From Trichoplax adhaerens (lineage: Eukaryota; Animalia; Placozoa): a stretch of DNA of 64,000 nucleotides. The translations under genes and the position numbers were made by a program. The stretch lies in assembly GCF_000150275.1 (NCBI RefSeq), contig NW_002060943.1:6626299-6690298 (forward strand), in the 5' to 3' direction. Below, piece after piece: positions 14,801 through 34,390 of this stretch; positions within the stretch are counted from its first letter, which is position 1, and every line of letters starts with the position of its first letter. Below the pieces are notes generated by a model. It had not been told where the DNA came from, did not search any database, and was given only the letters and a program-made list of their open reading frames with translations.

Positions 14801-17010
14801 ATTATAGTAAAATGGAAAGTTGTAGAAATTTTGAATTTAAATTATAATTATATGGATATAAATATTCAAATACTCGGTATAATTACAGTTTCCTTTCTTC
14901 AGTTATTTTTACATAAGTACATTTAATATTTTAAAAATATTGGTGAGCGATTTAAATTAGAATGCTGGATGATAGCAGTAAGACTGGTATAGATTAGGAT
15001 TGCTTGTAATAAACTGACATAACTATTCAGTCATGACTATTAGTAAAATTGATTGCCTATGGTATCTATATCTTCGGAATAACCTTATCTTTGTTACTTG
15101 TATCTTCAATTCCGACTAGAATGACGATGGAAAAGCTAGAAGAATCTGAATTATCGATGGGAGCCAAAAATGGACAAAACCCAAAAGATAAAGCGAAATC
15201 AAACCCATGTGTTCCTTCACGAGATCAATCAAAGAAATGGCTAGACTTCAGAAAAGGTAAGATAAATGTAGGGTAAATAGTTCAAGTCTTTTGAGATTGA
15301 TTTCTTAATTGTACTGCTAAATATCTGAGCTGCCTAGAAATAGTCTATATTGTAATAAATATTCTTAACTTATTTTTTCCATTATTTTGACAGCTTCCAA
15401 TACTAGTAAATCATTAGATTCTCAAGACAGTAATCATAATAATAAATCAGTGCTCTCATTGGGTAATTTGATAGGGAAACGAGTTACTGTAGCACCGTTA
15501 GATCATGATAATGCTAATGCTCCTTCATCTAGTCAAAGCCATCATCCAGTCTTTCTACGTCGTGAATTGGATGCCTTTAAATCAAGTAGTTTCGAGCAGC
15601 GTAGCGTTCTTAAACGATCACGCCATTCTGATATTAGTTTATCAACTAACAATGACGAAGGCGATGATTATCATTGCGATCAAGGCTATCATCTAAGAAA
15701 TGATCAAATTCACAGAAGAAATGTACGTCAGTTGCCAACTTCAAGGACGGAAGGTATTTGCGTCTAATCAGAGAGATATAGACTATTCTGATTACTTCTG
15801 TCCAATATTGAGCCAACTAATAAAACAACCAGTAAATCTCTTAATAAATATATAATAATACGTTTATATTTGGTAATATAGTTTGTATTTGCATGCATAA
15901 GTAGCAATGTTTTGTAGGATATCCTCTTACTGTTGAATAAGTTCCAAAGTGAAGAAATCCTAAATTCTTTTCCGTCAACCATTTACTGTAGGGCAAATTG
16001 ATACATTAATTCAGGAAGTTGGACAGCTATTTTCAACTGATAAGAATGCAGACAATCCTATTTCAAAATCTTTCGATGGGACAATGGATGAAGGTAAGTT
16101 AATATCAATTAATTTGAATGTTTCTTCAATAGCCAAGTCTAATTCATTGCCTCAAAAATCTACCACAATAAAATGGGCTTATGCAACTTCCAAGATGGTC
16201 GTTATTAAAATAGAATTAAAAATTTTCATTGTTGACTTTACTAGGTGTAAGAGATCCAACGGATGATAAAGTTAATCGCCAAATTATGAATTCTATTCCC
16301 TACCAATATCGACACTCGACAGGTATTTTGCGATTCTAATAATTTACATTCTGGAAAATTTTCTTGATAGCCACTTCACTATCAACTTCTTGTTAATGAC
16401 AAATATGAACGTATAATAAATCAGTCGTGCTAGAACTAACGTAAATAATTCGATAGAATACTCAGTACTGCCAGTAGTCTACAGATATAGCCAGTATATT
16501 TTTAGAATAGCAGATAATTTTTAGAGGTGTTAATAATTAAAACTCACAGATTTAAGTTCTTGTAAGTATTAGTCTAAGTATTAAGGTAAGATGTTTTAGA
16601 ATATGCTATTCCAAGGTATACAATTTTAGGAATAGTTGTAAAGATGTCAGAGAACTTAAACATCTATATTAGGCTGTACGGTTCGCTAGGCTGTTGTGTG
16701 GATATACTGTACAGTATTTTTAACGATATAATTTTAGGCTAAGTGTTGATATTGTAAAAACTTTCGATTTTTATATTAATATAAGTGATTGCTGAACTGT
16801 TCCAAAATATATGTGTGCTATAATTCTAAATCATACAATTTTAATCGATTATACCGTATAGACACGTTATAAGGATTCAATTTTATTTAATCTAAAGAAA
16901 GTAATGGAAAATTTTAGATTCTATCATTTTAAATCATCTTCTTTTGTCCAATAATTGTAGATGCGAATATAACTGAAGATTTTAGTATTTATGAAGAACG
17001 TGAAGTCTAA
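2876..17010 (+). CDS. SIPA1L: SIPA1-like (SPA-1/SPAR family) Rap GTPase-activating protein with PDZ domain; 22-exon model, ~1147 aa
   Basis: Phase-consistent exons: 2876-3863, 8484-8629, 9145-9288, 9528-9566, 9723-9798, 9899-9997, 10556-10659, 10772-10929, 11531-11637, 11865-11999, 12094-12182, 12277-12354, 12454-12512, 12987-13095, 13612-13749, 14161-14279, 14451-14579, 15120-15256, 15394-15753, 15992-16093, 16245-16322, 16961-17010. Family motifs: FEYFDYGAHYY..GKEHFNYFGLDDQIGPIAISIRR, LETLRGSISE, YKFGVLYCKKDQTSEEEIY, IMYHVSTLLPY, catalytic RKRHIGNDIV (Asn thumb), FLLTKAINGENA, IKIFYHHG, then a PDZ-like segment (HGLHIYPDGIIAKIDEDSMA...KVIEVCG). Ser-rich N-terminus. Exons after 14279 are low-complexity and less certain. 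Confidence 0.88.
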
Positions 17011-20000
17011 GAATCGGGTGTACAGCTCAATTCTAAAAATTTATACGCTTGAAAGGCAACTGCAACAATTTATTATATTATATGTAAATTTTATCTTGCT
17101 CAGCTAAGTTTATAGGTCGTCTAACAACCATTTCATGATAATAAATACGCATACTTGACAATTTTACTTGTAATGTAATAGCCATAATAACTAACTAGTA
17201 AACTCATATAAATGCCGATCATTCATGATTCGTCAGCGATGATTTCACATCACCCCTCATTAATATGATTTGACTTTCATTTATCGATGCTAACCAAAGG
17301 GTCTTCTTGATTTGTAATAACTTTGGTCTTGTTCCGATTATCGAATACAGATACGAGTACCCTTTAATGATACAACTTTGAATGGTTGTATGTACAGTAA
17401 TATTTCTTCTTGATCATATCTGAGTTATTAACTGATTACACTACATATAATGTAATATAGAAAAAATAATTGATTTTAGTCATAGGAATGCCGTATACAA
17501 CTCGCTTATTTGCCACTGATGAATATGACCAATATTATTTCAACTTGAACTAGGTTGCCTTGCAGATTATTTTTGATTAATAGACGAGCAATGGTACTTA
17601 TCACTTATTCATACAAAATTTCATTTTTAAATTAAACTATGTTGTGATTAGTCAAATATACCGTCACATATAGTTTTAGGCTTTACCTAATTTTTTTATA
17701 TTAGAGTACGATGTTGTAATTGAAATTCTGTTTCTCATTATGACAAAATTGTAGACATTCTATGAATTATATTCTGTCCAAATGAAATTGTATAGATATT
17801 TATTAATTATAGTGTGCCTAATCTGATAGCAATTATGATAATATTGATAAGATGTTCGATAATATAATTGAATACAGTATATAAATATATTCAATATTGA
17901 GTTATCTGGATTTCAAATTGCATAAAAGTTCAATTTTGTTGAATTCATTTCAATGTCAATTGATCTGAAAATCGATTCCATTACTGTTCTCGATACTATT
18001 TCCTAGTAGGCTTGTAGTGATATTTTATTTCTTCAGTATTCAGTAAAATAAGAAATTATAATTATACAGTAGACAAATAACTATTTATAGAGACAACAAT
18101 CAATGTCGTCCTTACGACGTGGTAGCATGCCACATTTTCATATGTACAATAATGTACATAGGTATTTGCAACAAAATTTTGCTAAATTTGGATAAAAAGC
18201 CGAAAATGTGCTTAAAATAAGATTACTCTATCATCTTTACATGTTACTCTTAGTGCATTTATTAAGCTTTCTATGATAGTTTTGGTTCGATTACTGAAAT
18301 TTGCTTAGTTCTTTGTTAATTTACGTATGCATGATTGCCTTGGCAACTAATGGTAACACATGTATCCTCTAATTAGCTTAAAAGATATCAGATCTAGCGT
18401 AATGTACAATTTATATATGAAGCAATTATCTACCGCTATAATTGCGTGCTATAATCATTATTAGCAGATTAGATTGAAAATTTCTACGAGATTATGGCTC
18501 GTAAAATGACCGTGACTGAGAAAGAAACAACACAGTGATTTTAGAATTGAACTTACAGCATTCAGGTTCATAAATAAATGTTTGCCATGTTCCATTTTCG
18601 CAATCGTAGTAATATCCCGTATAATATGAGCAATATTACTGCATACTGCAAAGTCATCGTATCCATCAGTCTAGCCGTAAACTGGTAGCCTTATCAATCT
18701 TTAATCAAACTGTAATCTAATTGGATAGATCTTGCCATATTCGTTAGTCAGTCTTTGCACTTTTCGTACGTAAATCTAATTAGATTATGGTCAGTCCTCA
18801 CTGTTGTCCGTAATGAAAAATCTTGACTATGAAAGAATCTTGTACCAGGTTAAATTGATGATTCAACTATTATTAGGGCTTACTTGGGTATATTTTGAGT
18901 TTAGATTTCATTAACAACCATTTCCACATTTATACTTATTACAACTATTGTGCAAAATTTGTGCTACCGTTTACTGTAAGCTGTATTCACATTTTGGTAT
19001 AAACATTCTTTAGTTGAGCGGTTCGAGGTGATAGATAATTATTCTAATAATAAAGTGTGAAATTGTCTTATATGTTTACACCTTTCTATACTCCTTTAGT
19101 GTTTCTTTGGTTAAAACTACACCACTTCATTACGTAGGCACTAGGCAATAGATAGATAATATTTACTCTATGCTATTGAAATAGCTTCTGCGACTGGGAA
19201 ATTATGGTACATCCATTAGGTGCTGTACTATATCTTGACGATAAGCTATTCAAAATCAGTTGTTTTACAATATTCAGTAAATTAGTAACATTCCAATATT
19301 GTAATCCAGCCACAAAATAGGTAGTTTGTAAGTCAATGTTATGATTATAATTGAACTTTTATTTTTTGCTCCTTTACATCAAGTTATCCTAGCTCTACCC
19401 TTGTAATAGAAGCCTTACCACTTTGAAATACAGTAAAACTACACCAATTTGTTATAGATTTAAATTTTTTGCTGTACTGTGATAGAGTGACATTCAATGG
19501 ATCGAAACTTAAAAGTGATTCAGAATCAAACTTCTATACTGCTTCTTTACTATTAAATTTTGATATTGTTACTCGTATCTTGTTCGAAATACACTAGTCT
19601 ATCCTAAATCGACGACTTAATTTTTAATTATACCCAACTATGTTTATCGCTGTTGTTAATTTTAGTTGATTAGCAAAATTGTAGTTGTTGCCGTTTTACC
19701 ATATGATATTTCATATTTGAAATAGTCGATTTAAGTTGATGATAGAGTAGAATTATTATGCATAGTTGTTGTATGAAATGACTATTTAGTTTTGGTTACT
19801 GTTTGTAAGATGATAGATATTAAGAGTAATTGTCGTGCAGTTGCAATGTCATCATAGGACTTTATTTCATGAATGTTAGTCTAATTAAGTAGCTGACACG
19901 ATTTATAAATATTATAACCCTTACCCAAAAGAATATGATGCATTTTGTTTGTTAGCAGCTTTTAATGAGGCTCAATGCAATATACTTGATATTATTTTAT

Positions 20001-20714
20001 AGGAAAATCAAATCACGTAGAAGTTTTGGGTAGAAATGCTAAGGACGAGGGCATCGTATCCGCTTTTACAGTTTAGGTCGGTTTTTGCAGCTTAAAATTT
20101 TAATCATTTGAATTTAATAAATTATTCTTTCATAGTCCTGATGGAAATTAGTCAGCTAACTCATCAATAGAGTAACTAGTATAGGATAATCTTGTAAAGG
20201 TAGAAATCAATAGCTTGATTATTAATTAATTATTCGATTTATGTATGCAAAAATTTTTGATCGTCAAAGATCGTTAGTTAACTTGAGCATCTCGATGTCG
20301 TCTTACGCGAATGAACTTTAAGTAGACGCGCCCATAGATAGTTATCAAAATATGCTTAAATTTACATCGTGAGACTATGGATAAAATAATTAAAATTCTG
20401 TCCAATTCAATGAAATCATAAAATTTGATGTACTGAATACTAATAATGCAGAGATCGCTAACGCCATAATAGCGTAGAAATCAGTCATTTCTAGTATCGC
20501 TATATTTATCTTGGATATAGTACATTGGATTTTATACTTGTGCTTGTACAGCGACGCCATCGTTTAATAATGATTCAATTAGTAAAACCGTAGACAACTG
20601 GAAAGAGTTTAACGAAAATCATGTTATTTTGTCTGCTACAACATTATTTATTACCTTGATAAATTGGATCTGATAGGTGTGATCTTTAACGTATTATAAT
20701 CGCACACCACTACG

Positions 20715-20785
20715 CAATAAAAGGCAAATAAATAGAGGCCCTTTCAGCATTATAGTAAAAGGGCCTTCTTTTTTGCCCGTTATTG
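20715..20785. repeat. Imperfect ~70 bp inverted repeat (hairpin)
   Basis: Perfect core AGGCCCTTT(20736-44)/AAAGGGCCT(20758-66), extended by GGCAA/TTGCC and CAATAA/TTATTG. Confidence 0.7.
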
Positions 20786-22020
20786 TTTTATAGAGATGAC
20801 AAGATCAACAATTTCCCTTCTATGCAGTTATGCGGTTATTAAGAGGTTCTTTGAAACGTGTTACTGTAGTTATAGTGAACAGTGGCAATAGGCATTGCTT
20901 GAATAGTAAGGTTAGGAGCCATCTTCTAGTCTGCAGGAGGTACGACGGTTAGCGTGCAATTCAATCAGCAGATTACGAAATATTACTATCAGTTAGCAGT
21001 AGGCAAATTAACGACGGCAAATTGGTGTTGTATGTATGACGAAATTAGGTGACCATGTTGCCTTAGGTATTTATTAGGTAGTTAACTTGCTGATCATTAA
21101 TAACCCGTTACCAAACGAGGAATTTATCAATGACGACATATAACTCGTTGAATTGACCAGATCTGTCATCCATCTTCTATGAGGTGGCTAGCAAGCAATT
21201 AAGCGACCGATTATAATTATCATTATTCCAGATTGCTTTACTCATACAGCGATAATAACTATAATCAGCGATGATATACTAATAATTGATAGTATCATGC
21301 GTTCATCTCTTCGTATTATGCCACAGTTAGCAGGAGTTCAATTGGTCGATCTTTAGCGGATTCTTCTACTTCTTATTTACTATTAATATAAACCTCGGAT
21401 ACACTGTATAAAGGTCGACTCTACAAGTATCTACCTGACAACATGCTGTATCAGCCATTATCTTCTATACACGTACGTATATATCAAAGATAGGCATAAT
21501 CGCCCGATCACTGCATATGGCATTTAGCAGATTCTTATCTATCTTTAACCGTGGAATAAAGCTTTCACATCGTATTTGCAAAAGTATTGAGCTAAACCTA
21601 TTAAAAATTTCGACTAAAATAGACTATAAGGCATTGATAGAAATTGGAAATGTTATTATGAAAGCGCTCTGTTTGACTGATTTTGAAATATGGCATCTTT
21701 CCATGTCATAGCTGCCATTGAATTAGAGTCAACAACTACATGCTGTGCGTTTGTATGATTGATTATATATACGAAAAAGGCAAATCAATCGGACAAATCT
21801 AATTGTAATGCACATGATATTATGGTAACTTACGTCATCAACAATTTTATCTTTAGCAATTGATATAACTACTGTAAGCATAATTTAATAACGAATAACG
21901 ACTTACTGTATACTATTCAGTGTCTCGTAAGATATTATTTTACTCTAACGGCCATCGTGTAATATCAAATGACTTATCGTTGTGCTACATGACAATGCCG
22001 TTTATCACGTTGAATATAGC

Positions 22021-23046
22021 AAAACTCATCTACTCGTGCAAGATGAAGTTCAAGGAATTTCATCTTTAGCAATTGACCCTGTCGGCCATAGAGGTAATGA
22101 AAGTCTCGAATTGCAAACTCATCTACTCGTGCAAGATGAAGTTCAAGGAATTTCATCTTTAGCAAATGGCCCTGTCGGCCATAGAGGTAATGAAAGTTGC
22201 GAATTGCAAAACTCATCTACTCGTGTAAGGTGAAATTCAAGGGAATTTCATCTTTAGCAATTGGCCCTGTCGGCCATAGAGGTAATGAAAGTCGCGAATT
22301 GCAAACTCATCTACTCGTGTAAGGTGAAATTCAAGGGAATTTCATCTTTAGCAATTAGCCATGTCGGCCATAGAGGTAATGAAAGTCGCGAATTGCAAAA
22401 CTCATCTACTCGTACAAGATGAAGTTCAAGGAATTTCATCTTTAGCAATTGGCCCTGTTGGCCATAGAGGTAATGAAAGTTGCGAATTGCAAAACTCATC
22501 TACTCGTGTAAGGTGAAATTCAAGGGAAATTCATCTTTAGCAATTGGCCCTGTCGGCCATAGAGGTAATGAAAGTCGCGAATTGCAAACTCATCTACTCG
22601 TGTAAGGTGAAATTCAAGGGAATTTCATCTTTAGCAATTAGCCATGTCGGCCATAGAGGTAATGAAAGTCGCGAATTGCAAACTCATCTACTCGTACAAG
22701 ATGAAGTTCAAGGAAATTCATCTTTAGCAATTGGCCCTGTCGGCCATAGAGGTAATGAAAGTTGCGAATTGCAAAACTCATCTACTCGTGTAAGGTGAAA
22801 TTCAAGGGAAATTCATCTTTAGCAATTGGCCCTGTCGGCCATAGAGGTAATGAAAGTCTCGAATTGCAAACTCATCTACTCGTGCAAGATGAAGTTCAAG
22901 GAATTTCATCTTTAGCAATTGACCCTGTCGGCCATAGAGGTAATGAAAGTCTCGAATTGCAAACTCATCTACTCGTACAAGATGAAGTTCAAGGAATTTC
23001 ATCTTTAGCAATTGACCCTGTCGGCCATAGAGGTAATGAAAATCTC
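22021..23046. repeat. Tandem repeat (minisatellite/satellite), ~11 copies of a 93-95 bp unit with a ~282 bp higher-order period
   Basis: Unit AAACTCATCTACTCGTGCAAGATGAAGTTCAAGGAATTTCATCTTTAGCAATTGACCCTGTCGGCCATAGAGGTAATGAAAGTCTCGAATTGC starts at about 22022, 22115, 22209, 22303, 22398, 22492, 22586, 22680, 22774, 22868 and 22961. Two subtypes: AGATGAAGTTCAAGG (A) and AGGTGAAATTCAAGGG (B). Confidence 0.95.
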
Positions 23047-23049
23047 TAT

Positions 23050-23592
23050 ATCTTGGGCCATTGGAAATATCAGTCGACCTTTTTGTCATACGACTTACGT
23101 CTCTGATGACGTTGCACATCATATGTGTATACTGTACTTATACTGTCTCCAATTCAATGAATGGGGATCCTTTATGACTGACAATCATAGGCCATTGAAA
23201 GTATCAGATGACTTTTGGTTGAATGACTTGATGTCGCGTTACTGTCTGATGGTGACGTTGCACAGAGAAATAGCTGTTAAGGTGTCTTCAATGAATTTGA
23301 TCGTTAGCAAGTGACCCTCACAGGTTATGGAGAATATTCAATGACTTTCATAATTGATGTCGCAAGACACAGCGCAACATTCTGTGCGAGGGCCATGTTG
23401 CAACAGAGGAACTATTCGTAGATGTATTAAAGCTATCTTCGACTCAATAAATTCAATCTTGAGCAAGTGACCATCACAGGCGATTGAGATTGAGAAAATC
23501 CGATGGCATTTATGCTGAATAAATTTGATTTTTAGCAAGTAATTCGTAAATTGGATAAATTCGATATATAGCAAGCAGTATTCATAGGCCAC
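23050..23592. repeat. Degenerate older repeat copies flanking the tandem array
   Basis: CAATGAATTTGATCGTTAGCAAGTGACCCTC (~23289), CAATAAATTCAATCTTGAGCAAGTGACCATC (~23445) and GAATAAATTTGATTTTTAGCAAGT (~23517) resemble the unit core GGAATTTCATCTTTAGCAATTGACCCT. A GGCCATTG(G/A)AA...GACGTTGCACA segment occurs twice (~23056, ~23191). Confidence 0.6.
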
Positions 23593-23837
23593 ACACCGGA
23601 CACTATAATTACGCCTATTATATTATAAACACATTTACAGAAGAAATCAACGAGGAAATTCATGAATATTTCTTTATTTTACAAACTGTTAGACTGTGAA
23701 TTAATATTATATCGCTTTTTTTTATCATATGGCATGCGTTGCTACTGTATTGAGCTGCAATGATAGTGATGATGATGTTGCATAGAGCTATTGAAAATAA
23801 AATTAAAATTAATTAATTAATTAATTCATCAAAAAAA

Positions 23838-24421
23838 TACTACTGTACTGTATTATGACGCTATTGGATGACTTTGTCGTATGATGACTCTTGCGCAATA
23901 ATACAATGTACATTGTACGTACTGTACGATGACGTGGTGACGGCTATCTGGCAAAGACGTCCAGTATTGTAAGTATTTGTAACTGCTACGCGTACTTCCC
24001 ACAGTATACAAATCAGGGACTACTAAGCAACGAGAGAGAGAAAAACAATAATCTAGATGCAAGCCTATTACTGTAATGATATTGCATAATCACATTGGAA
24101 TTCAATAGTAGACATATTTTAAGTTTTGCATGCTTCAAATCAGCTATCCGCCACTGAAACCTTCTTTATCCGGTTTTTTAGTTTGATACTTGCTCGACAC
24201 GATTTGCATTTACTCTACATTAGGTGCATAGAAACTTTCCATAAGTTTCTGCCAGTACTATACTGTACTATACTTTACTGTACACTTAGCGAACTCTAAC
24301 TGAAGTTCACTTGAAGTCCACAACACGTCACGTTCAAATCCAACTTCACACGTTCCCAATAGGTCACCGTATGCAGAACTGGATTCATACTGGCTACCGT
24401 ACCAGTACTGTACAGTACAGT
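23838..24421. promoter_or_regulatory. TACAG/TACTG pentamer-rich upstream region of MTHFD1
   Basis: Runs such as TACTACTGTACTGTA (23838), TACTATACTGTACTATACTTTACTGTAC (~24256) and CAGTACTGTACAGTACAGT (~24403) lie just 5' of the start codon. The regulatory role is inferred from position. Confidence 0.45.
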
Positions 24422-24553
24422 CAATGTTCTCCTTTTTTTAGGGTACTTTTTCGCGGCAGATCCACTGTAGGACGTAGAAGCCCAAGTGCTGCAGCTATTG
24501 TTTGGCGTGCGCGCGCATATCGACAACATTTACTCCTGCAGGTTGCTACCAAT

Positions 24554-32161
<7,608 letters not shown>

Positions 32162-33699
32162 TAATGTGTAACTAAGTTTTTAGTTTGAGCTATTAAGCGC
32201 TATATGAAGGTTCTTACTTGACGTCAAGGTTGTCGCATCAAATAATTTATGCCACTTAAGTATCCGCGTAACTTAAAACGCAATAAATGCTTGCTAGCTA
32301 AGTGATTTTGATTGACGGAATTTTTTCTTATTACGGCTAAGGTGATATTCGATATCAGTGTGGACATTTATAGTTAGGGTTGGGATTATAGATCAGAATT
32401 ACTCTCAATGTAATATTCGAAATAGTGGAATGCTAAGAAGTATGTGGATCTTGACGGTATTCATGACAATGGATTATTTATTAGTACGTTATAAGAAGGG
32501 GAATTACAGATTGTACCCTAATCCTTAAAATGTAACTACAAGATCGTGGTTGTACTTATGTTGGCATTTGATATGATGTTCATAATTGGTTTAGAGATGA
32601 TTCATCTTATCACTTGATATTCATTTGTTATGAGCAAGAAGTATTCAGTATTAACTTGTGAGATACAGACGTAGATCTGCAGCATTCAAGCGATTATACG
32701 GAGTATTTGATACTGGGGAATAAAAGTGAAAAAAAAATGATGTGTTCTATGCACCTATTCTGTTACTGCCTTAGTAACTGCACACCCTGACAACGAAAAA
32801 ATCGATCATGTTTACAGTAGGGAAATTTAATCATTTGCAGATTATCGCTACTATGAGTGCTGTATATATTAAGTTATAAGATACTGATAGGTATTACATT
32901 ATCATTTAATTGCAATACTTGAATCGTTCTTTGGCACGAGTACTGTAGAAGATGATTTTATTAACTTCATACTTATCGTAAGCATACGATTACGATAGAT
33001 ATAATGTGAATTGATATCCAATTTTCTTTATTATTTTCGCGCTTTGTTGCAATACAGATATCGTTAATAGGATGAAGTAATCGGCAGTCATTACCTTTGA
33101 TATTTTTCCTTCTGTTATGCACATATCGATGGATATGTTACAAGTTATCAATCGGGGATATTACGATAATAGTGTATCTTGCTTCACGACGTAATCAATA
33201 GTACATTTATACTACAACAGTATCATCAGATTTGTTCAACAGCAAACTTATTGTAGGTTGACAATGATAGATATTTTAGTTCTCTTCTTTTCGGATAGAT
33301 GACGTAATTGGAATATTGACGTTACCTTGCAGCACTATCATGCACGCCATTCGGTGATATTAATACTCGTGCATAACATAAATATAGACAGGTCGATTAG
33401 CATGAGTATATAAGTACAAATAAATACATAGGCTAATGAATTGATGATAAATACTATCTATCTCAACTTTTCTTATATAACAGTGCCATGGTTGCATCCA
33501 ATTTCTCTACTCAATTTATATATTACATCCATAATTATATAGTTCAAAGAAATGCACTGATAAACAATGCATCTGCAGTTTGTAGCACCTGGATGAAGCT
33601 GCCATTTATGCCATAGGATGGTCATCTATGGTCATTTTCTTGGATTTTGGAGGATGCATCATTACGTCATAACGCTGTGCAGCACCGGTTATATATAGA

Positions 33700-34390
33700 T
33701 TGATAGTACTGTACTTGTACTGTGCACTGTGAAGTACAGTACTGTATACTGTAATAGTATGAATGAAGGGGCTGCCGCATGACTGCATGACTCTGAGATC
33801 TATTTTTGGCAAGCTTTGGTAACTGACAGTACTACGTACTGTAGAGTACAGTACCTTGCACGTTAATGTACTGTAAATCGTGTAGGCAAGATGACTCATA
33901 CTACTCATACAATACAGTGGAAACTGTACTAATCATGTATACTGTACAGTATTATCTCAGTCTACCAAGCGACTGGAAGTTAAGTTTAAGAAGACTTTTA
34001 CAAGCAATCGGTACGGTACAATATATTCAATCTACAGTACAGTACTGTACTGTACTGTAGGCGGAAGACACACAACTGTATGAAATCGCGCTTGAGTTTG
34101 AGTTCATTTACGCCCTTCTCAACTGCAACGTTTGATTGTACTTTTACTCTTGTACTGTACAAAGGTAAAGCAAAGGAACTTGGGTACAGCCATCAGCCTG
34201 CATGGCGTACGCGATGCAGCAAGAGTCCATAGCCAAACCCCTTCGTCCCAGGTACACTAAAAGTGAGCACACGTACTGTACAGTACAGTACACGTAATCA
34301 CGTACAGTACAGTACTGTACACGTAATCACGTACTGTACTGTCATCCGTCATACTGTAAGTACTGTACTGTACACTGTAGTACAGCAGAC
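33700..34390. promoter_or_regulatory. Putative EHD promoter region with TACAG/TACTG arrays, a 22 bp palindrome and five CACGTA motifs
   Basis: Palindrome TACAGTACAGTACTGTACTGTA at 34033-34054; CACGTA at 34270, 34291, 34299, 34320 and 34328. A GTAAGT donor-like site at 34480 suggests a 5' UTR intron before the EHD ATG. Confidence 0.5.

Noticed and set aside
20736-20774. Rho-independent terminator or histone stem-loop
   Set aside because: The locus is eukaryotic, the loop is too long for a histone stem-loop, and no histone ORF is nearby.
22100-22130. Hammerhead-like words on the minus strand of the repeat (TAGATGAG...CGAGAC) and CTGATGA at 23103
   Set aside because: Core nucleotides differ from CUGANGA/GAAA, and 23103 has no stem II-GAAA after it.
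21974-23122. Repetitive ORFs on both strands (31 aa period) and a CRISPR-like look
   Set aside because: Most units are 94-95 bp and shift frame, so the ORFs are by-products of the repeat. There are no unique spacers or cas genes, and the context is eukaryotic.
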